A stretch of 64,000 nt of DNA. Origin: Bacillus subtilis subsp. subtilis str. 168 (GTDB taxonomy: Bacteria; Bacillota; Bacilli; Bacillales; Bacillaceae). The stretch spans positions 558,001 through 622,000 of the forward strand of contig NC_000964.3 in the NCBI RefSeq assembly GCF_000009045.1, written 5' to 3'. Numbering within the stretch: position 1 is the first letter of the stretch; each line of letters starts with the position of its first letter. Below the pieces are notes generated by a model. That model saw only the letters and a list, made by a program, of their open reading frames with translations, ran no database searches and had not been told where the DNA came from. Shown one piece after another: positions 18,946 through 29,156 of this stretch. The translations under genes and the position numbers were made by a program.

Positions 18946-20133
18946 TTATTTCTCTGTGATGAAATAAAGCAAAGCGATGACCGGAAAAGCGATTCCAATC
19001 CATAATGCTGTACTCCATCCGCCTGAGGCATATGCCCATCCTCCAATTGATGACCCTATCGCACCGCCTAGAAAGAAGATCGCCATGAATAATCCGTTTA
19101 ATCGACTGCGAATTTCAGGCGCCAACGAAAAAATAGCACGTTGACTGAGCACAAGGTTTGCAGATACACCCATATCTAACAGAATAGCAGCGGCCACTAG
19201 AACTGTTATACCGACGGGGGAGCTGCTCTGAATCATGAGCGGCAGTAATAAAGAGACAACGACAACACCGAGAGCGATTCCAGTGGCAAGCCTGGTTAAG
19301 CCTCGATCAGCCAGGCGGCCGCCTATTGGTGCAGTGACTGCACCCGCAATGCCCACCAATGCGTAGAGTGCTATTGCCTTCTGAGAAAAATGAAAATCAG
19401 GACCGGACAATAATAAAGGAACAGTTGTCCAGAACAAGCTGAAAGCTCCAAATACAAACGCATGATAGATGGCACGGCGGCGTAAGACTGGAGTCGTGCG
19501 CAGCAGCTTCCACATTGAACCGAGTAAGGCAGTATAGTTTGTATTTGCTGTTGGTTTTCTGGCAGGAAGCACTTTTGATAATACGATGGCCAGGATAACA
19601 CTTACCACGGCGGACAAAGCGAATATTGCATTCCACCCCCAGATATCAGCGACTAGACTAGATATCGGACGGGAAAGCATAATACCGAGTAATAAGCCGC
19701 TCATGACATTGCCAACAACCCGGCCGCGTGCAGCGTCTGATGCAAGGTATGATGCAAATGGAACAAGCACTTGGGCTGCGATTGATCCCAATCCGACGAA
19801 AAACGCAGCTGCTAAAAACAGTGTTCCATGCTTCACAAATGCTGTTAGTGTCAAAGCCGCTGCGCTTAGAAGGAGCGATACAACAATAAGTTTTTTGTTT
19901 TCGATAATATCTCCTAAAGGGACAAGGAATAGTAAGCCGGCAACGTATCCGATTTGGGTGAGTGTGACAATCAATCCAGCACCGCTTGGAGAAAGTCCAA
20001 TTGCCTTACTAATTAATCCGACCAAGGGTTGTGCATAGTAAAGATTAGCAACAATGATACCGCATGCAGTTGCGAGAAGAAGGGTTAAACTGGGTGAAAT
20101 CCTCTGACCTGCTTGTTTGTTTCCATTAGCCAT
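18946..20133 (-). CDS. ydeR: MFS transporter (YnfM/NreB-like)
   Basis: [27 protein letters not shown] motifs; ATG 20133 behind AAAAGGAG. Confidence 0.92.
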
Positions 20134-20197
20134 ATGAATGAACTCCTTTTTAAGTGGTTTTTTGAGTGTAATCATGACTTCTCACAAGTGATTTTAT

Positions 20198-20310
20198 AAA
20201 CTGAACGTTCAGTTTCGTCGATTAATAAAAATAATATACTAAACGTTCAGTTTTGTAAATGGATTTCTGTTTTCTTTTTTTATTCAATTTAAGTATACTG
20301 AACGTATAGT
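20198..20310. promoter_or_regulatory. Three ACTGAACGTTCAGT-type palindromes, putative YdeS operators
   Basis: 20198-20215 (perfect 18 bp), 20238-20251, 20297-20310 between divergent ydeR and ydeS. Confidence 0.7.
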
Positions 20311-20336
20311 TTATATTGCGGGAAGGAATGATTTAT

Positions 20337-20933
20337 GTGCAGAGTAAACGAGGGCGGCCGCGTGATGAAGGAACGCATAAGGCGATTCTCTCTGCAGCCT
20401 ATGACCTATTGCTGGAAAAAGGCTTCGATGCGGTGACAGTCGATAAAATTGCCGAGCGTGCGAAAGTGAGTAAAGCAACGATTTATAAATGGTGGTCTAA
20501 CAAGGCTGCCGTTATCATGGACAGCTTTCTTTCGACCGCGACGGACAGGCTGCCTGTGCCTGATACAGGGTCGTCAGTACAAGATATAGTAACCCACGCC
20601 ACGAATTTAGCTAGGTTTTTGACAAGCCGGGAAGGAACCGTTATTAAGGAATTAATAGGTGCAGGGCAGTTGGATGAAAAATTGGCAGAAGAATATCGCA
20701 CGCGATTTTTCCAGCCTCGCCGCCTCCAAGCGAAAGGCCTTCTAGAAAAGGGAATTCAGAAAGGTGAATTGAGAGAGAATCTTGATATTGAAGTAAGCAT
20801 AGATCTCATTTACGGACCAATTTTCTATCGTCTGCTTATAACAGGGGATGAGGTGAATGATTCCTATGTGCGTGATTTGGTGATGAATGCGTTTAAGGGA
20901 GTTCAAGCTACCTCTGCTACAGAGAGTATGTAG
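20337..20933 (+). CDS. ydeS: TetR-family regulator
   Basis: RGRPR N-terminus, VTVDKIAERAKVSKATIYKWW HTH; GTG start. Confidence 0.93.
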   Translation: MQSKRGRPRDEGTHKAILSAAYDLLLEKGFDAVTVDKIAERAKVSKATIYKWWSNKAAVIMDSFLSTATDRLPVPDTGSSVQDIVTHATNLARFLTSREGTVIKELIGAGQLDEKLAEEYRTRFFQPRRLQAKGLLEKGIQKGELRENLDIEVSIDLIYGPIFYRLLITGDEVNDSYVRDLVMNAFKGVQATSATESM

Positions 20934-21232
20934 CTGATAAGAACTGCAAAAGCTGCGGATTATATGACAAATTGGTTCCATCGTACAGTGAAATATAAGA
21001 TTTTTGTTGCTGAGCGGAATCATCGAGGGAAAAGTTCTCTTATCGGATGTCGAAAAAGAAGTCATTCAATCGTGAATACATAACATCATATTATTACATT
21101 CCTTTTCATCGATTGGAACAAGGGTTCTATACTTCAATGGAATACCGCAAAGTTGGAGTATTTAAACAACAGGGGAAAATCGATGGCCATTATGTAGGTG
21201 TCATGGCAATGGAAAAAATACTTGCAATGTAA
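20934..21232 (+). pseudogene. ydzO: Collapsed ArsN1/Pat-type GNAT N-acetyltransferase
   Basis: Fragments IRTAKAAD / YMTNWF..KYKIFVAE / HRGK / FYTSMEYRKVGVFKQQGKIDGHYVGVMAMEKIL in shifting frames. Confidence 0.7.
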
Positions 21233-21259
21233 ACAGGCCTCTAAAGAGACCTGTTTTTT
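21231..21259 (+). terminator. Terminator after the GNAT remnant
   Basis: AAACAGG..CTCT/AGAG..CCTGTTT plus T-run. Confidence 0.75.
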
Positions 21260-21495
21260 AATATCCAGATGATTGTCTAGTTTCAGCTTGGGCTCTATGA
21301 CCACTCCCATAACTGAAATAGTCTAATATTTATACCAGAAGGGATTGTTTATATAAATAAAAGTTTATATAATGACGGGGGCGCTAAGGAAACGCGGGGA
21401 GCGACTCAGGTTTTCGTTTCAAAGTTTTGATCCTTAAGATATACGGAGCGCTACATATGGAAACGTAAAGGGGAATGTATAATCATTTGGCGTGT

Positions 21496-21515
21496 ATATA
21501 ACGATTTGCTTATAT
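21496..21515. promoter_or_regulatory. Putative AseR operator (ATATAA-N8-TTATAT) just downstream of TGTATAAT
   Basis: Dyad between the -10 (21478-83) and the aseR SD, typical ArsR placement. Confidence 0.55.
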
Positions 21516-21540
21516 ATTGATTTGGGAAGGAGGAGCTCAT

Positions 21541-21876
21541 ATGACGATTGATGTTGCGGCGATGACTCGTTGTTTGAAAACACTTAGTGATCAAACTAGG
21601 CTTATCATGATGAGATTATTTCTTGAACAAGAATATTGTGTCTGTCAATTGGTTGATATGTTCGAAATGAGCCAGCCCGCCATAAGCCAGCATTTGCGGA
21701 AATTAAAAAACGCAGGTTTTGTGAATGAGGACAGAAGAGGCCAATGGCGTTATTATTCAATAAATGGTTCCTGTCCTGAGTTTGATACATTGCAATTGAT
21801 CTTACATCAAATTGATCAAGAGGATGAATTGTTAAACCATATCAAACAAAAGAAAACTCAAGCGTGTTGCCAGTAA
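21541..21876 (+). CDS. aseR: ArsR/SmtB arsenite-responsive repressor
   Basis: YCVCQL metal site, [13 protein letters not shown]-terminal CC. Confidence 0.93.
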
Positions 21877-21888
21877 GGAGGCATTAGA

Positions 21889-23196
21889 TTGACATCAATG
21901 ATTTTGGCAGTATTCATCTTTTTATTAACTCTAGTATTGGTCATATGGCAGCCGAAAAATTTATCTATAGGGTGGTCAGCCTGTGGAGGCGCAGTTTTAG
22001 CTCTAATAGCAGGTGTTGTCAATTTTCATGATGTGTTAACTGTGACAGGGATTGTTTGGAATGCGACCTTGGCTTTTGTGGCCATCATACTGATATCGTT
22101 AATTCTTGATAATATCGGTTTCTTTGAATGGGCAGCGCTTCATATGGCTAAGGCTGCAAAAGGATACGGTGTGCGGATGTTCGTTTATGTATCTCTATTA
22201 GGAGCTATCGTCGCCGCGTTATTTGCAAATGACGGTGCAGCTCTTATATTGACACCAATCGTATTAGCGATGGTCAGAGCATTACATTTTAATGAAAAAT
22301 TAGTTTTTCCTTTTATCATTGCCAGCGGATTTATTGCGGATACCACTTCGCTTCCTTTTGTAGTAAGCAATTTGGTCAACATTGTTTCAGCGGACTATTT
22401 TCATATTACGTTTATTGATTATGCATCCAGAATGGTTGTCCCGTACCTGTTTTCGCTGCTGGCGAGCATCATTGTACTTTACCTTTTCTTTAGAAAAAGC
22501 ATACCAAAACGCTATGATCTGACTGAGGTTAAAAAACCTGTTGAAGCAATTAAAGATCAAAACATGTTCAGACTGTCATGGTATATCTTAGGGCTGCTGT
22601 TAATTGGATATTTTGCAAGTGAATTTTTTTCTATCCCTGTATCAGTGGTAGCGGGCAGCATTGCAATCATTTTCTTAATCGCTGCGCAAAAGAGTCCGGC
22701 CGTCCATACAAAGAAAGTGGTGAAAGAGGCGCCATGGGCTATCGTATTCTTTTCAATTGGCATGTACGTTGTTGTGTATGGTGTCCGAAATGCCGGATTA
22801 ACGGATGTCCTTTCAGATGTGATTCAAGCCGCAGCTGATCAAGGATTGTTTGCTGGGACAATTGGAATGGGCTTTATTGCGGCGATTCTTTCTTCCATTA
22901 TGAATAACTTGCCGACTGTTATGATTGACGCATTGGCCATTGCCGGTACAGATACACATGGGATGATGAGAGAAGCGCTTATTTATGCAAATGTGATCGG
23001 TTCAGATTTAGGGCCTAAAATAACACCGATTGGTTCCTTAGCGACATTATTATGGCTTCATGTTCTTTCGCACAAAGGTATGAAGATTTCCTGGGGCACG
23101 TATTTTAAAACAGGAATTATCCTCACGATACCCACTTTATTGATCACACTTGTCGGCCTGTATATTTGGCTGCTGATAATCCATTCTTGTTTCTAA
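21889..23196 (+). CDS. aseA: ArsB-family (12-TM) arsenite/antimonite efflux pump
   Basis: [40 protein letters not shown] ArsB motifs. Confidence 0.95.
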   Translation: MTSMILAVFIFLLTLVLVIWQPKNLSIGWSACGGAVLALIAGVVNFHDVLTVTGIVWNATLAFVAIILISLILDNIGFFEWAALHMAKAAKGYGVRMFVYVSLLGAIVAALFANDGAALILTPIVLAMVRALHFNEKLVFPFIIASGFIADTTSLPFVVSNLVNIVSADYFHITFIDYASRMVVPYLFSLLASIIVLYLFFRKSIPKRYDLTEVKKPVEAIKDQNMFRLSWYILGLLLIGYFASEFFSIPVSVVAGSIAIIFLIAAQKSPAVHTKKVVKEAPWAIVFFSIGMYVVVYGVRNAGLTDVLSDVIQAAADQGLFAGTIGMGFIAAILSSIMNNLPTVMIDALAIAGTDTHGMMREALIYANVIGSDLGPKITPIGSLATLLWLHVLSHKGMKISWGTYFKTGIILTIPTLLITLVGLYIWLLIIHSCF

Positions 23197-23211
23197 AAGG
23201 ACAAGGTCACT

Positions 23212-23500
23212 ATATCAAGGAAAACAATGCACTGGTAACTCTTGCCGCAGCCAAATGGCTGAAGGGTGGGGGAGAAAATACCTTGGGGCTAAGTGGAATG
23301 TGTACAGCGCAGGAATCGAAGCTCAAGGATGACATCGAGTGCTGTCAAAGCAATGAAAGAAGCAGGGATTGATATTTCAAATCAAACATCGGAGAAATTT
23401 GATGATCCGGCAAAAGCACACGGAACAGAAGAAGTGTTTCCAAAGGGTCCGTGATGAAATTGGTGACCGTTTAAAACAGTTTGCTGTAACTGGGGAATAA
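23212..23500 (+). pseudogene. arsC: Thioredoxin-dependent arsenate reductase (arsC) pseudogene
   Basis: [15 protein letters not shown]-loop at 23228, premature TGA, frameshifts, internal deletion joining NQTS to FDDP, C-terminal QRVRDEIGDRLKQFA. Confidence 0.9.
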
Positions 23501-23552
23501 AGAATCGATATATTCAGCGTTTTCTTGGGTTATATAATACAATGTGTTGTTC

Positions 23553-23590
23553 AACAGGTGTCTGCGAGCTGAGTGCAGACACCTGTTTTT
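23553..23590 (+). terminator. Terminator of the ase operon
   Basis: AACAGGTGTCTGC / GCAGACACCTGTT 13-bp stem plus T-run. Confidence 0.8.
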
Positions 23591-23702
23591 GTTTTTATTT
23601 GTCTGAGATTCGTAACAGGGAAGTTATTTAGCTGGTGACAGAGGAAAATTGATTTGTGAACAGAATCATGAAGGAGACGGTGTTTTAAAGGAGTTGTCTG
23701 TT

Positions 23703-24479
23703 TTGCAGGAATTAACAAAAAAAAAATACAGTAGCTTAAAAACAATGTTTGATGACAAATATTGTCCCACATTTGTCTATTCAATATTAGACCAAACCAT
23801 TCCGGGAGCTGTTTATGCAGATGATCAAACCTTTCCTAAATCGTTTTTTATAGGAACTGAATCAGGCATTTATTTTATTGCGGGAGACCAAGGGAATCGG
23901 GATTTTCATGATTTCATTGCAGGATATTATGAAGAACAAGTGAAATCATCAAAACGATTTACCTTGTTTTCTTCCAGTGATACATGGGATAGCGTACTGA
24001 AACCCATACTGAAAGATGACTTAAACCAAATGAGAAGAGCTGCATTTTCTTATCAACCAAAATCTTTCAAAAAGACTTTGCAACTGCCAAAGGGGCTTGT
24101 ATTGAAAAGAATTGACGAAGACATCATTTCACATAGCACAGCGTTTAACAGCGCGTATTATGAGGAGTATTGGAATTCTGTCTCACAGTTTGCTTCAAAA
24201 GGTTTTGGATTTGCCGTATTACATGGCAATCACGTAGTAAGTGAGTGTACCTCTATATTTTTAGGGCATAATCGAGCGGAAATGGATATCTATACACTTG
24301 AAGAATATAGAGGACTGGGGTTAGCTTATTGCGTAGCAAATAGGTTTATAGCGTTTTGTATGGAAAATGGGATTGTTCCTAGCTGGGATTGTGATATTTG
24401 CAACAATTCGTCCATTGCATTAGCAGCTAAACTAGGGTTTAAGACGGTAACGGAATACACTATTTACTACTCTGGCTAA
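23703..24479 (+). CDS. ydfB: GNAT-family acetyltransferase
   Basis: C-terminal EMDIYTLEEYRGLGLA, PSWDC..N.SSIALAAKLGF; TTG 23703 has the best SD spacing. Confidence 0.88.
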   Translation: MQELTKKKYSSLKTMFDDKYCPTFVYSILDQTIPGAVYADDQTFPKSFFIGTESGIYFIAGDQGNRDFHDFIAGYYEEQVKSSKRFTLFSSSDTWDSVLKPILKDDLNQMRRAAFSYQPKSFKKTLQLPKGLVLKRIDEDIISHSTAFNSAYYEEYWNSVSQFASKGFGFAVLHGNHVVSECTSIFLGHNRAEMDIYTLEEYRGLGLAYCVANRFIAFCMENGIVPSWDCDICNNSSIALAAKLGFKTVTEYTIYYSG

Positions 24480-24503
24480 CCTTAATGAAAGAACCTTAAA
24501 AGG

Positions 24504-24532
24504 AGATACCAACCGATGTTGGTATCTTTTTT
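24504..24532. terminator. Bidirectional terminator between ydfB and ydfC
   Basis: AGATACCAAC / GTTGGTATCT stem; shares the ATACCAA core with the palindrome family. Confidence 0.75.
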
Positions 24533-24535
24533 GTT

Positions 24536-25456
24536 TTAGAGTTTTTTTACCCTTTTAGCAGAAAAATGGGTGATGAAAATCTTATTCATTTTATTTACTT
24601 TTAGGTAGGTAAAACATACCCCGCCAACTGTAACCACTCCGCCTAGCAGAGAGAGCAGTGTGGGTATCTCGCCGATCCAGAGCCAAGATATGATCAAGGC
24701 TAAAGCCGGTGTAACATAAAGTGAAAGGGTTGCTTCTGAAGCACCGACGAATGAAGTGACATATGCTAGTGCGAAGTAAGGAATAACCGTCGGCAATAAT
24801 CCTAAGTAAACGATAGACAAAGTTGCGCTTATTGAAGCGTTCATCATCTCTTCGCCTAAGCCTGGCAGAAACACAAGCATAGGTATTGTTCCGCCCCAAA
24901 TGGTGAATGTAACGAATGGAATAAAACCATATTTTTTTATATAGCGGGCTTGAAAAACGAAATAAATACTCTCCGAAAATGCTGCCAGCAGGATGACCAA
25001 GATACCGCTCATTGAATATGTAAAGTCTCCCGCCCCAAATGCAATCAATAATACACCCAATAAACTGATCATAGAGCCAAGCCATTTCGTAAATCCAAAA
25101 TGCTCTTTATAAAACAGGCGGGATAGCATGGCTGAGAAGATCGGTGCCGTAGTAACGAGTAAGCTTGCAACTCCGGCACTAACTGTTTTTTCACCGATGT
25201 TCAGCAAAATGTGATAGAATGCAAATCCTAAAAACCCTAAAAGAAAAATGGCAGGAATGTCTTTCAAGTCGGGTAGGCGCATCTGAGTCAAAACAGCAAA
25301 AAGCAATAATGCCATAGAGCCGATTAACAAACGAAATAAAGCAAGGTGTTCTGGCGTGTACCCTTCAAGTCCTGCGCGAATTCCCGGAAAAGCAGATGCC
25401 CATAAACCAATCATGAGACTATGAGATATCATTATTTGAACTGTTTTCTTTCGCAT
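24536..25456 (-). CDS. ydfC: EamA/DMT transporter
   Basis: LWASAFPGIRAG, 10-TM pattern; ATG 25456 behind GAGGAGTG. Confidence 0.9.
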   Translation of the reverse strand: MRKKTVQIMISHSLMIGLWASAFPGIRAGLEGYTPEHLALFRLLIGSMALLLFAVLTQMRLPDLKDIPAIFLLGFLGFAFYHILLNIGEKTVSAGVASLLVTTAPIFSAMLSRLFYKEHFGFTKWLGSMISLLGVLLIAFGAGDFTYSMSGILVILLAAFSESIYFVFQARYIKKYGFIPFVTFTIWGGTIPMLVFLPGLGEEMMNASISATLSIVYLGLLPTVIPYFALAYVTSFVGASEATLSLYVTPALALIISWLWIGEIPTLLSLLGGVVTVGGVCFTYLKVNKMNKIFITHFSAKRVKKL

Positions 25457-25480
25457 TCCTCTCACTCCTCTTTACAAAAA

Positions 25481-25567
25481 CCAACCAGTTATTTAATGTG
25501 TTTCTATACTAATAAAGATTTGATGATATGGCTTCAACCAGTTCAATAGATTTTGACCCAACCAATT
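25481..25567. promoter_or_regulatory. Three CAACCA(G/A)TT direct repeats, putative YdfD sites
   Basis: 25481-90, 25534-43, 25558-67 between divergent ydfC and ydfD. Confidence 0.55.
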
Positions 25568-25588
25568 TATTTTAAGGAGACCGATTCT

Positions 25589-27037
25589 ATGAGCTTTCCA
25601 GAAGAAAAAAAGATGAAAAAGCTCCCTAAGTACAGACAAATCGTTCATTTTATTAAAGAGAAAATAGGAAATGGAGAGTGGCCGATTGGAAGCAAGATTC
25701 CAAGCCAGCGCACGCTTGCAAAAGATTTTCAGGTAAATCGGAGCACAGTGATTACAGCGTTAGAGGAATTGATGGCCGATGGGCTAATAGAAGGCACAAT
25801 GGGGAAAGGCACAGTTGTTATCAACAACACATGGACACTGATGGCTAAGAATTCTGCTCCCGATTGGGATCAATATGTCACCTCTGGCATTCAGATGCCA
25901 AGCCGAAAAATCGTTCAAGAGATAAATCAATCAGAATCAAATACAGACCTTATACAGCTCAGTAAAGGTGAACTTTCAGCTGAGATTTTTCCTTTGGCTG
26001 TTATGAAAGAGATGATGGGGAAGGTATCTCAACACATGGAGGCATTCGGATATGAAGAACCAAAAGGTTACTTACCTTTGAGGGAGGCATTAAGCAACTA
26101 TTTAAAAACCATTGGAATCAACGTCTCATCTTCTTCCATTCTGATTGTCTCAGGAGCGTTGCAAGCCTTGCAGCTGATATCAATGGGGCTGTTACAAAGA
26201 GGATCAACCGTTTATCTTGATCAGCCCTCCTACCTTTATTCATTACACGTATTTCAATCAGCTGGTATGAAGCTGACTGGACTTCCTATGGATAATGAAG
26301 GACTTTTGCCTGAAAATGTTCATTTAACAAGAGGAGAGCGGGGAAGGGCTATCTTATATACAAATCCATGTTTTCACAATCCGACTGGTATTCTTATGTC
26401 TAAAAAGCGACGGGAAGAAATCCTAGCAGTAAGTGAGAATACACAGCTTCCTATTATTGAAGATGACATTTATCGTGAGTTATGGATCGATGAAATTCCG
26501 CCATATCCTATTAAAACAATTGATAAAAATGGACACGTACTGTACATAGGAAGTTTATCGAAAACATTAAGCCCAGGTTTGAGGATTGGATGGATCGTCG
26601 GACCGGAACCGGTGATTGAACGTTTATCTGACATTAAAATGCAAACAGATTACGGATCCAGTTCGCTATCCCAGAGAGTAGCGGCAGAGTGGTTTACTTC
26701 CGGCCACTACCAGCAGCATGTAGAAAAGGTTAGGCAGCAATTAAAGGTGAGAAGAGAATTGGCCTTGAGTGCTTTAGAAACTCATTTGAAAGAAGTGGCG
26801 ACATGGAATATCCCAAAAGGAGGGTTTTTTGTCTGGATAAAAATATTGCCTTCCATATCAATGAAATTACTTTATACTAAAGCCTTATCAAAAGGGATTC
26901 TGATCAATCTCGGCAGTATCTATGCTCAGGAAAAAGGGAATTATATTCGCTTATCATATGCTTATGCATCTCTTGAAGACCTTCAAAAGGGGATTTATGA
27001 GTTGGGTTTAATGATTAAAGAATTGGCAAGCAGGTAA
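25589..27037 (+). CDS. ydfD: MocR/GabR-family regulator
   Basis: KIPSQRTLA wHTH, FHNPTG, IIEDD, SLSKTLSPGLRIGW. Confidence 0.93.
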   Translation: MSFPEEKKMKKLPKYRQIVHFIKEKIGNGEWPIGSKIPSQRTLAKDFQVNRSTVITALEELMADGLIEGTMGKGTVVINNTWTLMAKNSAPDWDQYVTSGIQMPSRKIVQEINQSESNTDLIQLSKGELSAEIFPLAVMKEMMGKVSQHMEAFGYEEPKGYLPLREALSNYLKTIGINVSSSSILIVSGALQALQLISMGLLQRGSTVYLDQPSYLYSLHVFQSAGMKLTGLPMDNEGLLPENVHLTRGERGRAILYTNPCFHNPTGILMSKKRREEILAVSENTQLPIIEDDIYRELWIDEIPPYPIKTIDKNGHVLYIGSLSKTLSPGLRIGWIVGPEPVIERLSDIKMQTDYGSSSLSQRVAAEWFTSGHYQQHVEKVRQQLKVRRELALSALETHLKEVATWNIPKGGFFVWIKILPSISMKLLYTKALSKGILINLGSIYAQEKGNYIRLSYAYASLEDLQKGIYELGLMIKELASR

Positions 27038-27154
27038 CTTTTATATCCTTAAATGGATGTTTCACTAAAAAAGAGATCAAGCCTAATGATCGCTTGATCT
27101 GATAATAACAAGGGTTACTAGAATAGACCAAATCATGGTTCGGTCTTAAAATAA

Positions 27155-27778
27155 TCATGTCTCTGAACGAAAAGTCTTTCCGACTTCTCTTCCTAAACCA
27201 AAGTAGTGTCTGAAATTATAGATAAGCGGGCTCCATTTGGAAGGGTTGATATGGTTTTCGTCCAGAATGATACTTTCCTCGGCATGAAAATGTAGTGCCT
27301 GCGTCTCTACAATTGCGAATGACGATTCATATTCTGGAAGCCGAATGTGTTTCACTTCGGCTTCGATTTGGATAGGGCATTCTTTAATTCGTGTTGGTGA
27401 TACTGTTTTTGATTGTAAAGGCGTTAACCCTGCTGCCTCGTATTTTTCTTTTTTATATGTAAATCCGATCTGCTTCTTTAAAGGCGGTATACTCTTTTTT
27501 CCGCTATAAGATGAAATTCTTTCAACGTTTTCCCATAAATCCGGGCCAGGCAAGTTTATGACACACTCTTTGTGTCTTTCCAAATTGTCGATGGCTTTTC
27601 CTCCCAGTCCTACTCCAAGGATTATATAATGTCCAAGAGCCCAAGAAGAAGACATAGGACTAATATTAGTGGTTCCATCCTCATTCAATGTGGTTAGAAG
27701 AAATGTCGAGGTACCATAATACATGATCTTGGGTTTGATTTCCTTAAATCGACGAGTGTCTTGTTTTTTGATGTCCAA
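27155..27778 (-). CDS. ydfE: Flavin reductase-like (flavoredoxin) FMN-binding protein
   Basis: TNISPMSS, ECVINLP, RIKECPIQIEA, WSPLIYNFRHY. Confidence 0.85.
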   Translation of the reverse strand: MDIKKQDTRRFKEIKPKIMYYGTSTFLLTTLNEDGTTNISPMSSSWALGHYIILGVGLGGKAIDNLERHKECVINLPGPDLWENVERISSYSGKKSIPPLKKQIGFTYKKEKYEAAGLTPLQSKTVSPTRIKECPIQIEAEVKHIRLPEYESSFAIVETQALHFHAEESIILDENHINPSKWSPLIYNFRHYFGLGREVGKTFRSET

Positions 27779-27867
27779 CGTTTTTTCCTCCTTGTCACGC
27801 TTACATTTATATTGTAAAGGATTAACATTTCAACTATCATCGAAATATGAATGTAAGGAGGAAAATC

Positions 27868-28548
27868 ATGAATCCTAATATTGCAAAAATCTCTTCGTTG
27901 CTATCAGATCCCTCGCGTTCTTCCATTCTTCTCAGTCTGATGGATGGAAGGATACACCCTGCGGGAGAGCTTGCATATCTCGCTAACATTAAACCTCAAA
28001 CTGCAAGTTTTCACCTGAATAAATTGCTTGAAGCAAAGCTGATTAGCGTAGAGAAGCATGGGAGACATCGGTATTACAGATTGGCTGACTCAGATGCTGC
28101 AAATGTGATCGAACAATTGCTTCATATTGCGCCTAAAGCAAAAGTCAAATCTTTAAAAGAGTCAAAAGAGAAAAAGGACTTGCATTTCGCCCGGACCTGT
28201 TATGATCATTTGGCAGGTTATGTGGGCGTGCAAATGGCACATTCACTAGTTGAGCAGGGGATGTTAAAAAAAGTTGATTTAAACTTTGAGGTGACTTCAG
28301 AGGGTGCTTTATTCTTTTCGAAGTTAGGCATCAATGAAGAGCAACAACGGAATAAGAGGAGAGCCTTTGCCCGCTGCTGTTTGGATTGGAGTGAACGGCA
28401 GCATCATATTGCAGGAGCATTAGGAAACGCCCTATTGGTGCGCATGTTAGAAGAAGAATGGATCGTTCGTATGCCTAAAACGAGAGCGATTAGGATTACA
28501 CAAAGCGGGAAAATCGCGTTTGAAAAGCACCTAAACGTGAAGATTTAG
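27868..28548 (+). CDS. ydfF: ArsR-like winged-helix regulator with Cys-containing C-terminal domain
   Basis: DPSRSSIL, TASFHLNKL, GRHRYYRL, ARTCYDHLAG, CLDWSERQHH. Confidence 0.9.
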   Translation: MNPNIAKISSLLSDPSRSSILLSLMDGRIHPAGELAYLANIKPQTASFHLNKLLEAKLISVEKHGRHRYYRLADSDAANVIEQLLHIAPKAKVKSLKESKEKKDLHFARTCYDHLAGYVGVQMAHSLVEQGMLKKVDLNFEVTSEGALFFSKLGINEEQQRNKRRAFARCCLDWSERQHHIAGALGNALLVRMLEEEWIVRMPKTRAIRITQSGKIAFEKHLNVKI

Positions 28549-28592
28549 GATTTTGAAGCGGAAACATCAGATGATGAGGCACGATATCTAGG

Positions 28593-28622
28593 AGGAGTAA
28601 GATTTGTTCTAATCTTACTCCT
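28593..28622. terminator. Bidirectional terminator between ydfF and ydfG
   Basis: AGGAGTAAGATT / AATCTTACTCCT 12-bp stem. Confidence 0.75.
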
Positions 28623-28627
28623 TCTTC

Positions 28628-29071
28628 TTATTTTGAAGCAGCTCGATTCCCCATTGCAATAGAGATGCGGTTCCAACTGTTTATTTGATTAATGATCAGA
28701 ACAAGGTCAACATATTGTTCCTCATCATAATGTTCCCGCACCCGATGATATAGCTCATCAGGAACCCTTTTAGATGGAATGAGCGTGATGTGTTCAGATA
28801 GTTCGAGAGCCGCTTTCTCTTCAGGTGAGTAAAAATCACATTCATTCCAAGCATGTAAACAGTAAATTCGCTGTTCAGTTTCTCCCATTTTGCGGGCATC
28901 GGACGTATGCATATCTATGCAGAAGGCACAGCCGTTCATTTGAGAGACTCTGATTTTGATTAGTTCTCTCGTCGTTCGGTTAATTGAGGATTGTTTCGTG
29001 TATTTCTCCATATCCATCATGATTTTCATACCTTCAGGTGCAATCTCATAGTAGGACACTCTTTGACTCAT
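28628..29071 (-). CDS. ydfG: AhpD/carboxymuconolactone decarboxylase-family protein
   Basis: SQMNGCAFCIDMH CxxC motif, INSWNR. Confidence 0.92.
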   Translation of the reverse strand: MSQRVSYYEIAPEGMKIMMDMEKYTKQSSINRTTRELIKIRVSQMNGCAFCIDMHTSDARKMGETEQRIYCLHAWNECDFYSPEEKAALELSEHITLIPSKRVPDELYHRVREHYDEEQYVDLVLIINQINSWNRISIAMGNRAASK

Positions 29072-29156
29072 AAAGCAAGACTCCTTTCCATAGAATACCT
29101 AGATTGTATCCCGGTATTGATCATTTTACCAATGTGCGGTTTGAATGACAGCTGTT

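Noticed and set aside
21380-21470. GC-rich patch upstream of aseR as a riboswitch
   Set aside because: Some pairing is possible (TTTCGTTTC/GAAACG), but it lies upstream of the apparent -10 and matches no aptamer consensus I know
24504-24532. AGATACCAAC/GTTGGTATCT hairpin as a fifth member of the palindrome family
   Set aside because: Shares only the 7-bp ATACCAA core, lacks the GGG/CCC and has an unrelated loop; kept as an ordinary terminator
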